This document shows positions 39,791 through 49,104 of a stretch of DNA of 64,000 bases, in pieces. Made by a program: the position numbers and the translations under genes. Origin of the DNA: Patescibacteria group bacterium UBA3466 (GTDB taxonomy: Bacteria > Patescibacteriota > Minisyncoccia > Phycocordibacterales > UBA918); NCBI GenBank assembly GCA_002378195.1, contig DFRJ01000004.1:25073-89072 (forward strand). The letters are read 5' to 3'. The notes under the pieces are model-generated. The model made no database searches, was not told the origin of the DNA, and was given only the letters and a program-made list of their open reading frames with translations. How positions within the stretch are numbered: position 1 is the first letter of the stretch; the number at the start of each line of letters is the position of its first letter.

Positions 39791-39844
39791 CAAAAAACGC
39801 AAATTATCTCAAATGGTCTTGCAAAGTAATAGTTATTACTTCTC

Positions 39845-39884
39845 ACTCGAAAGGTCCTAGGTGCAAATCCTAGAGCACGGACAA
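39845..39884 (+). repeat. Direct repeat of the tRNA-Ile 3' half (att-like)
   Basis: ACTCGAAAGGTCCTAGGTgCAAATCCTAGAGCACGGACAA matches 39754-39793 at 39 of 40 nt. Confidence 0.9.
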
Positions 39885-39923
39885 GGGGCTTTTACTATGG
39901 GCCAATGGGTTATAATTCTTAAT

Positions 39924-40283
39924 ATGAACAAAAGTCTCTTTGCCCTATCATTGCTGGTACTTCCAGTAGTCTCACACGCACAATCATTACAAGACCTGGT
40001 TAAAAACACCACTTCTTTTCTTGGTGAGATTGTCATTCCCTTTTTGATTGGCATAGCTTTCTTAGCTTTTGTCTACAATGTAATTCGTTTTTTTGTCTTG
40101 GGTAGCACCAGCGAAGAAGGTCGGGAAAAAGCTAAAGCTTTAGCTATCTACAGCGTCTTGGCTTTTACCCTCATTATTATTTTCTGGGGCATTATCAATC
40201 TATTAACCAGCAGTATTGGCTTAGATGACAAGAATCAACCCGGTTCTGATTACGTACCCGGAGACTTTAAACTTGGTGAATAA
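39924..40283 (+). CDS. TrbC/VirB2-like pilin, CPR type
   Basis: Signal peptide, two TM helices separated by GSTSEEGREKAK; ATG 39924 lies 7 nt after TATAAT. Confidence 0.75.
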   Translation: MNKSLFALSLLVLPVVSHAQSLQDLVKNTTSFLGEIVIPFLIGIAFLAFVYNVIRFFVLGSTSEEGREKAKALAIYSVLAFTLIIIFWGIINLLTSSIGLDDKNQPGSDYVPGDFKLGE

Positions 40284-40287
40284 TATG

Positions 40288-40325
40288 CAAAAGCCGGCGG
40301 TTCCTTTCGGAACCGCCGGCTTTTG
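40288..40325. terminator. Bidirectional terminator ending the pilin and probably the 16S transcript
   Basis: CAAAAGCCGGCGGTTCC-tttc-GGAACCGCCGGCTTTTG. Confidence 0.85.
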
Positions 40326-40372
40326 TTTGTCGTCACTTTGAAATAAATAACCTCACAGCGACTAGGAGATTT

Positions 40373-40499
40373 CTAATTAATACAAAAGTAGATGCAAGTA
40401 CGCTACTTGGAAGCTCTGTGCGACTGAGCCGTACTTTGTGTACGGTGATGAAGCGCAGGGCTGAAAGTAGTGTAATGGCGCTACTTTTGTATTAATTAG
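40373..40499. repeat. 127-bp element with 19-bp perfect terminal inverted repeats (MITE/REP-like long hairpin)
   Basis: CTAATTAATACAAAAGTAG...CTACTTTTGTATTAATTAG with nested internal stems. Confidence 0.6.
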
Positions 40500-40529
40500 T
40501 TGAATGCTCTTTTGTCTTATCCTATGAAT
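40498..40529 (-). other. 3' arm of the 16S rRNA processing stem
   Basis: Near-perfect reverse complement of 42220-42250. Confidence 0.8.
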
Positions 40530-40669
40530 TGACTTGGTCTTTCCCAAGAGTCTGATACCACTTCAGAGTGTTGAGTATCATTGCTCGTTATGTGCTCAAT
40601 TGAGGCACATAACATCGACCAATTAGCTGTCATTGTGAGTGGGTCACCCCATCACGACAACGTGTCCAA

Positions 40670-42128
<1,459 letters not shown>

Positions 42129-42219
42129 GACAGGTACTGAGAGTAAACTCTCATGTATCTGCGTTTCAAGCATATGAGCGGAGTGTACTTTTCTCGACGC
42201 TCTCTTGAAACAAGTTCCT

Positions 42220-42250
42220 ATTCAAGGATAAGACAAAAGAATATTCAACT
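42220..42250 (-). other. 5' arm of the 16S rRNA processing stem
   Basis: Minus strand AGTTGAATATTCTTTTGTCTTATCCTTGAAT pairs with the trailer at 40498-40529. Confidence 0.8.
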
Positions 42251-42519
42251 GTGATGAAACTCTTTTATCTTATTGTGCTCACATATTCTTGTGGAAAGAA
42301 AATGTGTTATTGCTGTGATGCATGTTGTCTAAATATGGTCTTCGACCATTTTTTATTCAACATACGTTATATCTATGATTGGGATCATAGATATAGGTTA
42401 TTTATTATTTTCAAAATACTATGTTCTCCTACCGGATTGTCCGAACAAACAAAAAACGGAACTTACCCGTTCGCATACTCTTTCGAGCGTTCATTTGGCA
42501 TCCGTAGAACAGTGCGAGC

Positions 42520-42547
42520 ATTATACAGATATCTAAAATTAATGCAA
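42520..42547 (-). promoter_or_regulatory. Sigma70-type rRNA promoter
   Basis: TTGCAT-N16-TATAAT followed by a GC-rich GCTCGCAC discriminator. Confidence 0.65.
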
Positions 42548-42609
42548 GCGGTTATTTGGCATAAGACACTCTCCTGCCCTACATATAAATATTATATGTA
42601 GCGGCAATG

Positions 42610-42634
42610 AAAAAGCCCCACACAAAGTGGGGCT
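42610..42634 (-). terminator. Intrinsic terminator of the orphan operon
   Basis: Minus strand AGCCCCAC-tttgt-GTGGGGCT-TTTT. Confidence 0.75.
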
Positions 42635-42653
42635 GTAAGGAACATTACCGGAG

Positions 42654-44135
42654 TTAGCTGGCAGGGCCTTTACGCCTCAGATAAAGAGGGATATCAAACT
42701 TACTCTCACCTTCGTCACGATCAGGCACAACCGACAGCGATGGCGAATCATCCTCCAACTCATCTTCAGCGAGCTCTGCTGACTCCAAAGAGTCATCGTC
42801 AGACGTTTGGTCTACCGACTCATCGTCGGTAGGCGCTGCTGCCTCCAGAGACGAGTCGTCAGACTCTACTGCTTCTGACTCGTCCTTGGCGTCCTCCGCT
42901 TCAGATTCGCTCGCTGACTCAACTGACCCGCTGGTGGTAGCTGCAGCAAAACCGACACTGGGTGGGAAATGAGTTTTCTCGCCCCGCAACTGTTCTTCGA
43001 TCTTTATCAGTTGAGTTCCGTGACGTGTCTGCTCTCCATTGATGGCTTTCAGCAAATTATCGGTCTTGGACGCGTTCTCTCGCACCAGTTTTTGTAACCG
43101 ATACTCCTCTCGCTGTTCAGCCGATTTTCCCTTCGCTGCCAGATTGTACAAATAGACGACAATACAAATCATCATTAGTGCAAGCAGAAGCAAAGGCAAC
43201 CACCACCAGATACTCGCTCCTGAGGAAGTCGATACTTGATCGAGTTCTTCTCTCAGTTCCTGCATCCCTTTCTCCATTTCCGCCACACTGGCGGCAGTGG
43301 CCATTTTGGCGATCTGCTCATCTTGTTGCTGGAGACGTTCACTAAACTCGACTAGAGTTTCGCGATTCATCACCACCTCATTAGCCAGCTTAACCAATGA
43401 TTCATCAAGCTGACCAAAGCGACGTTCGTACTCAGCGGTTTGCGTGCGATACTCTGACCACAAGGCTTCCAGCCCTTTGGTAGAAATCGCCTGCATACGC
43501 TGGTCGATCTTACTCCAGAAGTCAGATGAGACCTTGCCGCCTTTGATGGCAGCCAGGTCAGCTCGCAATGCCGCCAGTTCCTGTTGCAGCACCGGATTGG
43601 TTTTACCCGCTCCAGTTTCTGCTACTACCGACTCGACCATCCTGAGCTCACGACTGACATTTCTGCCCGCCTGAGCTTGTTCGGCCAAATCCTTCGCCGC
43701 GGCATTCAGCGCGATGATTTTAGAAACCACCGCCGGATCAGGTTGTGTCGGCAACCACCAGCCCCACCCTCTGCGAATTACATCAAAAAAGTTGATGGTT
43801 ATTGACTCAGGTATCTGGCCGGTTTTCGGATTGACGACACCGCTCTTGGTCAGAGACAGGTAGACATAAGCCTGTTGCAATTCTGGCGACGCATCAGCCG
43901 GAATATAGCGGTTCTTGATACCAAGCGAGACTATATGCTTAGACATACAAGCCACCTTGATAGCCTTCCCCTGAAGACACCCAGTACTTCGGAAAGGTGT
44001 AAACACCTTTCGCTCCAACTCAGCAGAACCGAGTGGATAGTCCCAGATCTTTTTGTACAACCCGTCATCTGCCTTGGCCTGACTGACCACGACGGACAAA
44101 CAGGCCAACAGTACACACTGTATAAACCGTTTCAT
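42654..44135 (-). CDS. Orphan membrane protein: signal peptide, coiled coil, TM helix, acidic linker and FtsZ-tail-like C-terminus
   Basis: SQAKA-D cleavage site, heptad-rich region, WWWLPLLLL TM helix, D/E/S-rich tail, FDIPLYLRRK. Confidence 0.8.
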   Translation of the reverse strand: MKRFIQCVLLACLSVVVSQAKADDGLYKKIWDYPLGSAELERKVFTPFRSTGCLQGKAIKVACMSKHIVSLGIKNRYIPADASPELQQAYVYLSLTKSGVVNPKTGQIPESITINFFDVIRRGWGWWLPTQPDPAVVSKIIALNAAAKDLAEQAQAGRNVSRELRMVESVVAETGAGKTNPVLQQELAALRADLAAIKGGKVSSDFWSKIDQRMQAISTKGLEALWSEYRTQTAEYERRFGQLDESLVKLANEVVMNRETLVEFSERLQQQDEQIAKMATAASVAEMEKGMQELREELDQVSTSSGASIWWWLPLLLLALMMICIVVYLYNLAAKGKSAEQREEYRLQKLVRENASKTDNLLKAINGEQTRHGTQLIKIEEQLRGEKTHFPPSVGFAAATTSGSVESASESEAEDAKDESEAVESDDSSLEAAAPTDDESVDQTSDDDSLESAELAEDELEDDSPSLSVVPDRDEGESKFDIPLYLRRKGPAS

Positions 44136-44166
44136 TTCGGATTACTCCTCAATTTGTTTACGAATC

Positions 44167-44195
44167 CGGTCGGCAGCGCGTAGCGCTGCCGACCG
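44167..44195. other. Intra-operon GC-rich hairpin
   Basis: CGGTCGGCAGCGC-gta-GCGCTGCCGACCG; no U-tail on the coding (minus) strand. Confidence 0.6.
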
Positions 44196-44215
44196 TTTCA
44201 ACCGCCGTAACCAGA

Positions 44216-44926
44216 CTACTCTTGAGCAGCCTGACAGTGACCAGTTTCACAACCAAAGACGAAGCTGGTATCACTACCAACCTGCACCGCCGTGTCAGCA
44301 GTACTGACTGACTGCGACAAAGATCCACTCGAATTGTTAAGAGTGATGTTGCCACAACCACCATTACCACAGCGTGACGTGTGCGCCGCCCAGTATCCGT
44401 TTACAGATGCAGTCGCCATACTGCCGCCAATTGACAACAGCATACGACCCAACGTTTCCTGATTGGACACGTTGGCACTGATGACAACTGGGACCGTGAC
44501 ACCTCGACCGTCTTTCTCCATGCGGATTTTACCGTTTGGAGCACCGTCTGGACCGACATCACCCATAAAGGTGACAACACCGCTCATGTTCATGCCAAAT
44601 GTACCTGTACGGTGTCCTTGTGCCACATGAATCAAGTTGAGTTCCCGATCCCACATCCTGGTGTAAGACATCTCACCAGTACCGTAAGGTACTGGGCGAC
44701 CAAGCATATACTCAGTATCTTTCTTCAGCTTGGTAATAAGATCATCTTTCCTCAATGAATCGAGATACTCCTGGCGCTGCGTCTGTGTGTAGTGGTAGAA
44801 CTCTTCGTCACTGACAGTGTCATTGACGTAGCCCTGCGGCTTATAGCCGTTAGACCCACACGCTGACAGCATTACCAATGCCAACAGGACAGCCAGAGAC
44901 CGTCCGACCAATTTCATTTTGTTCAT
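44216..44926 (-). CDS. Orphan lipoprotein
   Basis: Lipobox LSAC after a hydrophobic signal; AGGAG 8 nt upstream of the start. Confidence 0.8.
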   Translation of the reverse strand: MNKMKLVGRSLAVLLALVMLSACGSNGYKPQGYVNDTVSDEEFYHYTQTQRQEYLDSLRKDDLITKLKKDTEYMLGRPVPYGTGEMSYTRMWDRELNLIHVAQGHRTGTFGMNMSGVVTFMGDVGPDGAPNGKIRMEKDGRGVTVPVVISANVSNQETLGRMLLSIGGSMATASVNGYWAAHTSRCGNGGCGNITLNNSSGSLSQSVSTADTAVQVGSDTSFVFGCETGHCQAAQE

Positions 44927-44942
44927 CTTTAAGTCTCCTGCC

Positions 44943-45674
44943 CTATGGGCGCTGTGTAATGTCTACTGCTCGGGGGGCGACGCCATAAGCGACGCCACGT
45001 GTTTGAATACCGCTTTGTTGCGGTACCACAAAAGGTTGATTGGGAATAAACAGTCCGTTACTAGACGAACCGTATGGCCCACACCACTGTGTTTGCACCG
45101 AGTTCAAAACCGGCGCACTGTAACCCTCCACTACATCACCACTCAATTGCTGAGTAGTGTTGTATGGAATGTACGGCACCAATTTTTCTGCCGGCGGTGC
45201 CACTAAGGCTTGCATTACCTGAGGTGGCACGGGTGTTTTATCCTCCACTGCGTTTAGGCAACTGAGAGAAAACATGTCTTTCCAGACACCGTCCACTTTG
45301 ACCTGGACGATTTGCTCGCCGGTACGACAGTCACGAGGGAACCAATCAAACTCTGGGGGCTTGTAGGCTCCTGTATTGATTCGTTCACTCGTCGGACAAT
45401 TGCGTACCTGTACGTAGTTATCGTCGAGCATGAGCGCATTAAATTCCTCGTCGCCCAATTCAGTAAACCCCGTCTCATCCCTGACGTAGTCAACGATAAG
45501 GTCAAAGGCTCGCTCCGAACGGAAAAACCCACGCGGGTTGACGCGAAACAACTCAAATGAGATGTTTTTTTTATACCATTTATATTTAATAAACGGCACC
45601 ACCACCTCGGCCGCACCAGCAGTCAGACAGACCACCAATAGCAACGAAGCTCCGAACACCTGAATTATCTTCAT
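44943..45674 (-). CDS. Orphan secreted protein
   Basis: Start moved to ATG 45674 (MKIIQVFG...AGA-A signal peptide) with GGAG 7 nt upstream. Confidence 0.75.
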   Translation of the reverse strand: MKIIQVFGASLLLVVCLTAGAAEVVVPFIKYKWYKKNISFELFRVNPRGFFRSERAFDLIVDYVRDETGFTELGDEEFNALMLDDNYVQVRNCPTSERINTGAYKPPEFDWFPRDCRTGEQIVQVKVDGVWKDMFSLSCLNAVEDKTPVPPQVMQALVAPPAEKLVPYIPYNTTQQLSGDVVEGYSAPVLNSVQTQWCGPYGSSSNGLFIPNQPFVVPQQSGIQTRGVAYGVAPRAVDITQRP

Positions 45675-45757
45675 GCTGATTCTCCGATATTTAATTGAAA
45701 AGAACGCGGACAAAGCCACGTTGAGTGGTTTTGTCAAGGTTCTATACCTTGGACGGC

Positions 45758-45786
45758 TTTATATCATAGTTTTGACAAAAAAGCAA
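45758..45786 (-). promoter_or_regulatory. Sigma70-type promoter of the orphan operon
   Basis: TTGCTT-N17-TATAAA with an extended TG. Confidence 0.55.
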
Positions 45787-45804
45787 TTAGTTTGTGTTGA
45801 ATAT

Positions 45805-45833
45805 AAAAAAGAAGAAGCCTCCGGGGAGGCTTC
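45805..45833 (-). terminator. Intrinsic terminator
   Basis: Minus strand GAAGCCTCC/GGAGGCTTC inverted repeat followed by TTCTTTTTT. Confidence 0.7.
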
Positions 45834-45880
45834 AAGGGTATACCCTGCATGGCAGGAATTATTCGACCTTGTCTCAGGCC

Positions 45881-46291
45881 TTATTGTTCGGCAGTGAGGG
45901 CGGCGTCAAAATCAATCGACACTTCCCCATCAGCTGTAGTAGCTGCGTGACCGCCCAGGCTCTGAACCATCGAGCGTTCATAGTTTAGGGCGGTAGCCAT
46001 AAAATCAATCAGAGCACTGCTCTGTTCTGCGCAGCCGCCAGGGCAACCCCCGTCGACAGAGCGACTCTTCATCAGCACATTCATGCTGCCGTCAGACAAA
46101 CTGTCGTTCAACCGATTCACAATCGGACCAGTAGCATAGTTGCTATTTTGTCCTCCGGCGAACCAGTTGCCATTTACATAGCCTGAAGTAGCTGCATAGC
46201 AGCCATTACCTACACAGGACAGAGCTCCGGTTGATCCGAGAGCCAACATGCCAGTTGCCGCTAATGCTGCGAGATTCTTGCAAATGTTCAT
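45881..46291 (-). CDS. Orphan small secreted Cys/Gly-rich protein
   Basis: Signal peptide, CVGNGC and CPGGC motifs; GAGGAG 8 nt upstream. Confidence 0.75.
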   Translation of the reverse strand: MNICKNLAALAATGMLALGSTGALSCVGNGCYAATSGYVNGNWFAGGQNSNYATGPIVNRLNDSLSDGSMNVLMKSRSVDGGCPGGCAEQSSALIDFMATALNYERSMVQSLGGHAATTADGEVSIDFDAALTAEQ

Positions 46292-46555
46292 AGTGCCTTC
46301 TCCTCGAAAGCAAGGTTCTTTTCTGTCGGCCCTGTGGGACCGACGGTTCCTGCCTCACGACGTGAGACAGGAACAGTGGTTTTATCCATTTGAGCTAATT
46401 GCTCTCTCAAATGGACTAGACCACAAATCCTTTACGTCGTGAAGACCGCAATAAATTATCATGGTTTAAATATTTGTCAATAGTATTTAGGTCACTCCCG
46501 CTATTTACAACTTTGGTTTGCTTAGCAAATATATTTCAGTACAATTCATAACACT

Positions 46556-47248
46556 ATGGATACACAAGAAACAATCGTAATGTCAGTTGGCGGATCTTTG
46601 ATCGTTCCTGACCAAATCGACACTGATTTTTTAAGAGGGTTAAAAAGCTTTATTGATACTGAAACGGCCGCTGGCCGTCGTTTTATTATTATTGCTGGAG
46701 GCGGTAAGACTGCTCGCCGCTACCAAGACGCGGCCGGCCGTGTATCAGAACTACAGAATGACGATCTAGATTGGATGGGCATTCATGCTACTCGTCTCAA
46801 TGGACACCTACTTCGCACCATCTTTAGAGACATGGCGCACCCCGAAATGATCACCGATCCATCCACTATCACCGAAGTGCCGACAGATGTACCGGTAGTA
46901 GTGGCAGCCGGATATCGGCCAGGCGCTTCGACCGACCTGCGCGCCGTGCAAATTGCAGATCAGGTGGGTGCCACTAAGGTAATCAATCTTTCAAACATCG
47001 ACTACGTATACACTGACGATCCTCGCTCTAATCCAGAGGCTAAACGACTAGAAAACATTTCTTGGAGCGAATTCAGAGATCTTATTCCAAAAGACTGGGA
47101 TCCGGGAATGTCTGCCCCATTTGATCCTATCGCCGCGAAAGAGGCTGACGAAAAAGGCATTGAAGTGGCGGTAATCAATGGAAATAAAACCGGCGAACTA
47201 ACCAACTACTTACACGGAGAAAAATTTGTAGGAACCAAGATTTCGTAG
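46556..47248 (+). CDS. pyrH: UMP kinase (archaeal/spirochaete type)
   Basis: SVGGSL, GGGKTARRYQ, DWMGIHATRLN, PGASTD, VYTDDP, PFDPIA. Confidence 0.92.
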   Translation: MDTQETIVMSVGGSLIVPDQIDTDFLRGLKSFIDTETAAGRRFIIIAGGGKTARRYQDAAGRVSELQNDDLDWMGIHATRLNGHLLRTIFRDMAHPEMITDPSTITEVPTDVPVVVAAGYRPGASTDLRAVQIADQVGATKVINLSNIDYVYTDDPRSNPEAKRLENISWSEFRDLIPKDWDPGMSAPFDPIAAKEADEKGIEVAVINGNKTGELTNYLHGEKFVGTKIS

Positions 47249-47252
47249 GTAG

Positions 47253-47290
47253 AGAAAAAGGCCGGCGCCGAAGGCGCCGGCCTTTTTCTT
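47253..47290. terminator. Bidirectional intrinsic terminator
   Basis: AGAAAAAGGCCGGCGCC-gaa-GGCGCCGGCCTTTTTCT. Confidence 0.85.
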
Positions 47291-47301
47291 TAAGAATACC
47301 C

Positions 47302-47778
47302 TTAAGTACGATCTACCTCTTCAACTACTGGATCTGCTTCTGATTCAGGAACTGTCACCGGATCAGTAGCCGGGACATCTGTTGAACCTCCAGCGTCTGG
47401 AGTTGGAGCAGATCCTGTACCATCAGGAGACACTGGTTCACCAAAGCGATTGGCGGTAGTTCCAGTTGGTTGTACTAACCAATACAGTAGTACCAAAAAT
47501 CCCAGTAATGGGATCAGTACTATTAATTGCCACCAACCACTGCGATCAATATCGTGTAGTCTTCGAGCGGCAATACCAAGACTAGGAAACAGCACTATCA
47601 AAGATAGTAAATTTGATAACACTACTTCAAGACCAACAATAGCTCCGACAATAGAAACTGCGATTGAGACCAAGAAATAAACCAGAACAAACATCCAGTA
47701 GGCTTTTCTTGATACTCTTCCTTCAAAATCAAAGAAATGATTTTTTACTGGGTTAAGAAACCAATTTAGAAATTCCAT
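47302..47778 (-). CDS. DUF805 (YhaH-like) membrane protein
   Basis: FEGRVSRKAYW, RRLHDIDRSGWW, NRFG. Confidence 0.92.
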   Translation of the reverse strand: MEFLNWFLNPVKNHFFDFEGRVSRKAYWMFVLVYFLVSIAVSIVGAIVGLEVVLSNLLSLIVLFPSLGIAARRLHDIDRSGWWQLIVLIPLLGFLVLLYWLVQPTGTTANRFGEPVSPDGTGSAPTPDAGGSTDVPATDPVTVPESEADPVVEEVDRT

Positions 47779-47826
47779 GCTAAATAATTAATTATAATCA
47801 ATAATTATTCTAGCATGTAAAAGTCC

Positions 47827-48552
47827 TTACAACTCATCAAAAACGTCAACCATCGCGCTCCTGAAGTTTTCAGCCGTTTGTTTACAATAGGGATTATATT
47901 GATAGATATCTTTAAACAACACCTTGTCATCCTTTACACTATCTACGGCATCCATCAAAAACTGGAAAGCCAGAGTATCAATCTCCGTGCGCTTTGTATC
48001 CGTCTTGGCCACTGCCTCTGATATGTAGTGAGTAATAAATAAAGTCTCAGCTAAATTTTTATCGTGTTCGTCTGGCGTCATTTCGATAATATCAAAACCA
48101 AATTTAGAGAACTTAGTCTTCAGCATCTGGTAGGTATCGTTCTTTAGAGCGTAGTCAGTCGCAACAATCTTAAAATCTTTAATTTTCCCACCTGTTTTAG
48201 CCAAACTAGAAGCACCAAACATCGGGTGGATAGAGATAAACTTTTTGCCCTGACAATATTTTTGGCATAGTTCACTTGTGTAAACTTTTGCCGCTGCCAC
48301 ATCAACAAAAATTGTATTTGGTAATGCGTGTTTTAATATTTCCTGCATCCTTTCTTCATACTCAGATATTTTTGCACATAAAAAAACCACATCTGCCTGA
48401 GCCACCTCTTTTAAATCAAAAAACTTTTTCCCGTCAGTCGGAAAGCGTCGGGAATTTATTTTGAATTCTATTTCGGAAAAAAACTGCTGACCTAGCTTGT
48501 ATACAAAAGAACCAAAATTACCGTATCCGACTATTCCAACAGTGCTAATCAT
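47827..48552 (-). CDS. Prephenate/arogenate dehydrogenase family protein
   Basis: GIVGYGNFG, DVAAAK, HPMFG, EHD; first ATG is at 48552. Confidence 0.8.
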   Translation of the reverse strand: MISTVGIVGYGNFGSFVYKLGQQFFSEIEFKINSRRFPTDGKKFFDLKEVAQADVVFLCAKISEYEERMQEILKHALPNTIFVDVAAAKVYTSELCQKYCQGKKFISIHPMFGASSLAKTGGKIKDFKIVATDYALKNDTYQMLKTKFSKFGFDIIEMTPDEHDKNLAETLFITHYISEAVAKTDTKRTEIDTLAFQFLMDAVDSVKDDKVLFKDIYQYNPYCKQTAENFRSAMVDVFDEL

Positions 48553-49102
48553 AATTAACAAACTTTAAAAACTCATCAATTGAAACTGCCAATTCTTCCA
48601 GCGAGCCGTTATTCATAATGGTAAAATCTGCCGCCGCAATTACCTTGGCCTTCTGCATCCCATTTGGATCAGGGTCGTTCATTTCTAACTCTTCATGTGC
48701 CACAAATTCCTCATAAGTGACTTGATCTGAACTAGATTTACGTCCAGTAATACGATCATATCTAAGTTTGGTGTCAGCATCAACCGCTAACAGAATGCCT
48801 CCTTCAGCTTTTAGGGTATCTGCTTCTGCTGTAGTGCGGATAGATTCAATAATCACATCACCGGCCTCTTCCTCTTCCATCTTATTTAAATAATATGTCA
48901 CCAAAAAATCTTTACCGTGTACCGAACGCATTTCGTTAGCAACCAAGCGCATGTTCTCTCGATTACTCTCGATCCCTCTTTTAACAAACTCGTCTTCCCA
49001 AATTGCCCGAGCGGAAAAATGCGTGAAATTTTTTTCACCAACCAGGTACTCCACAACTGCCCCCTTGCCCGCTCCGTCTGTACCAGTAATTCCGATTAAC
49101 AT
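48545..49102 (-). CDS. P-loop kinase (dephospho-CoA kinase-like, UPF0200-like)
   Basis: IGITGTDGAGKG, ESIR, ADFTIMNNG. Confidence 0.75.
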   Translation of the reverse strand: MLIGITGTDGAGKGAVVEYLVGEKNFTHFSARAIWEDEFVKRGIESNRENMRLVANEMRSVHGKDFLVTYYLNKMEEEEAGDVIIESIRTTAEADTLKAEGGILLAVDADTKLRYDRITGRKSSSDQVTYEEFVAHEELEMNDPDPNGMQKAKVIAAADFTIMNNGSLEELAVSIDEFLKFVNYD

Positions 49103-49104
49103 AA

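Noticed and set aside
39861-39923. N-terminal extension of the pilin ORF from GTG 39861
   Set aside because: It overlaps the tRNA repeat; ATG 39924 has a -10 box and begins the signal peptide.
40445-40492. Hammerhead-ribozyme-like core (GUGAUGA-stem-GAAA-stem-UU)
   Set aside because: The conserved C3 is G so the 3-8 pair cannot form, stem I is weak, and the competing long nested hairpin explains the sequence better.
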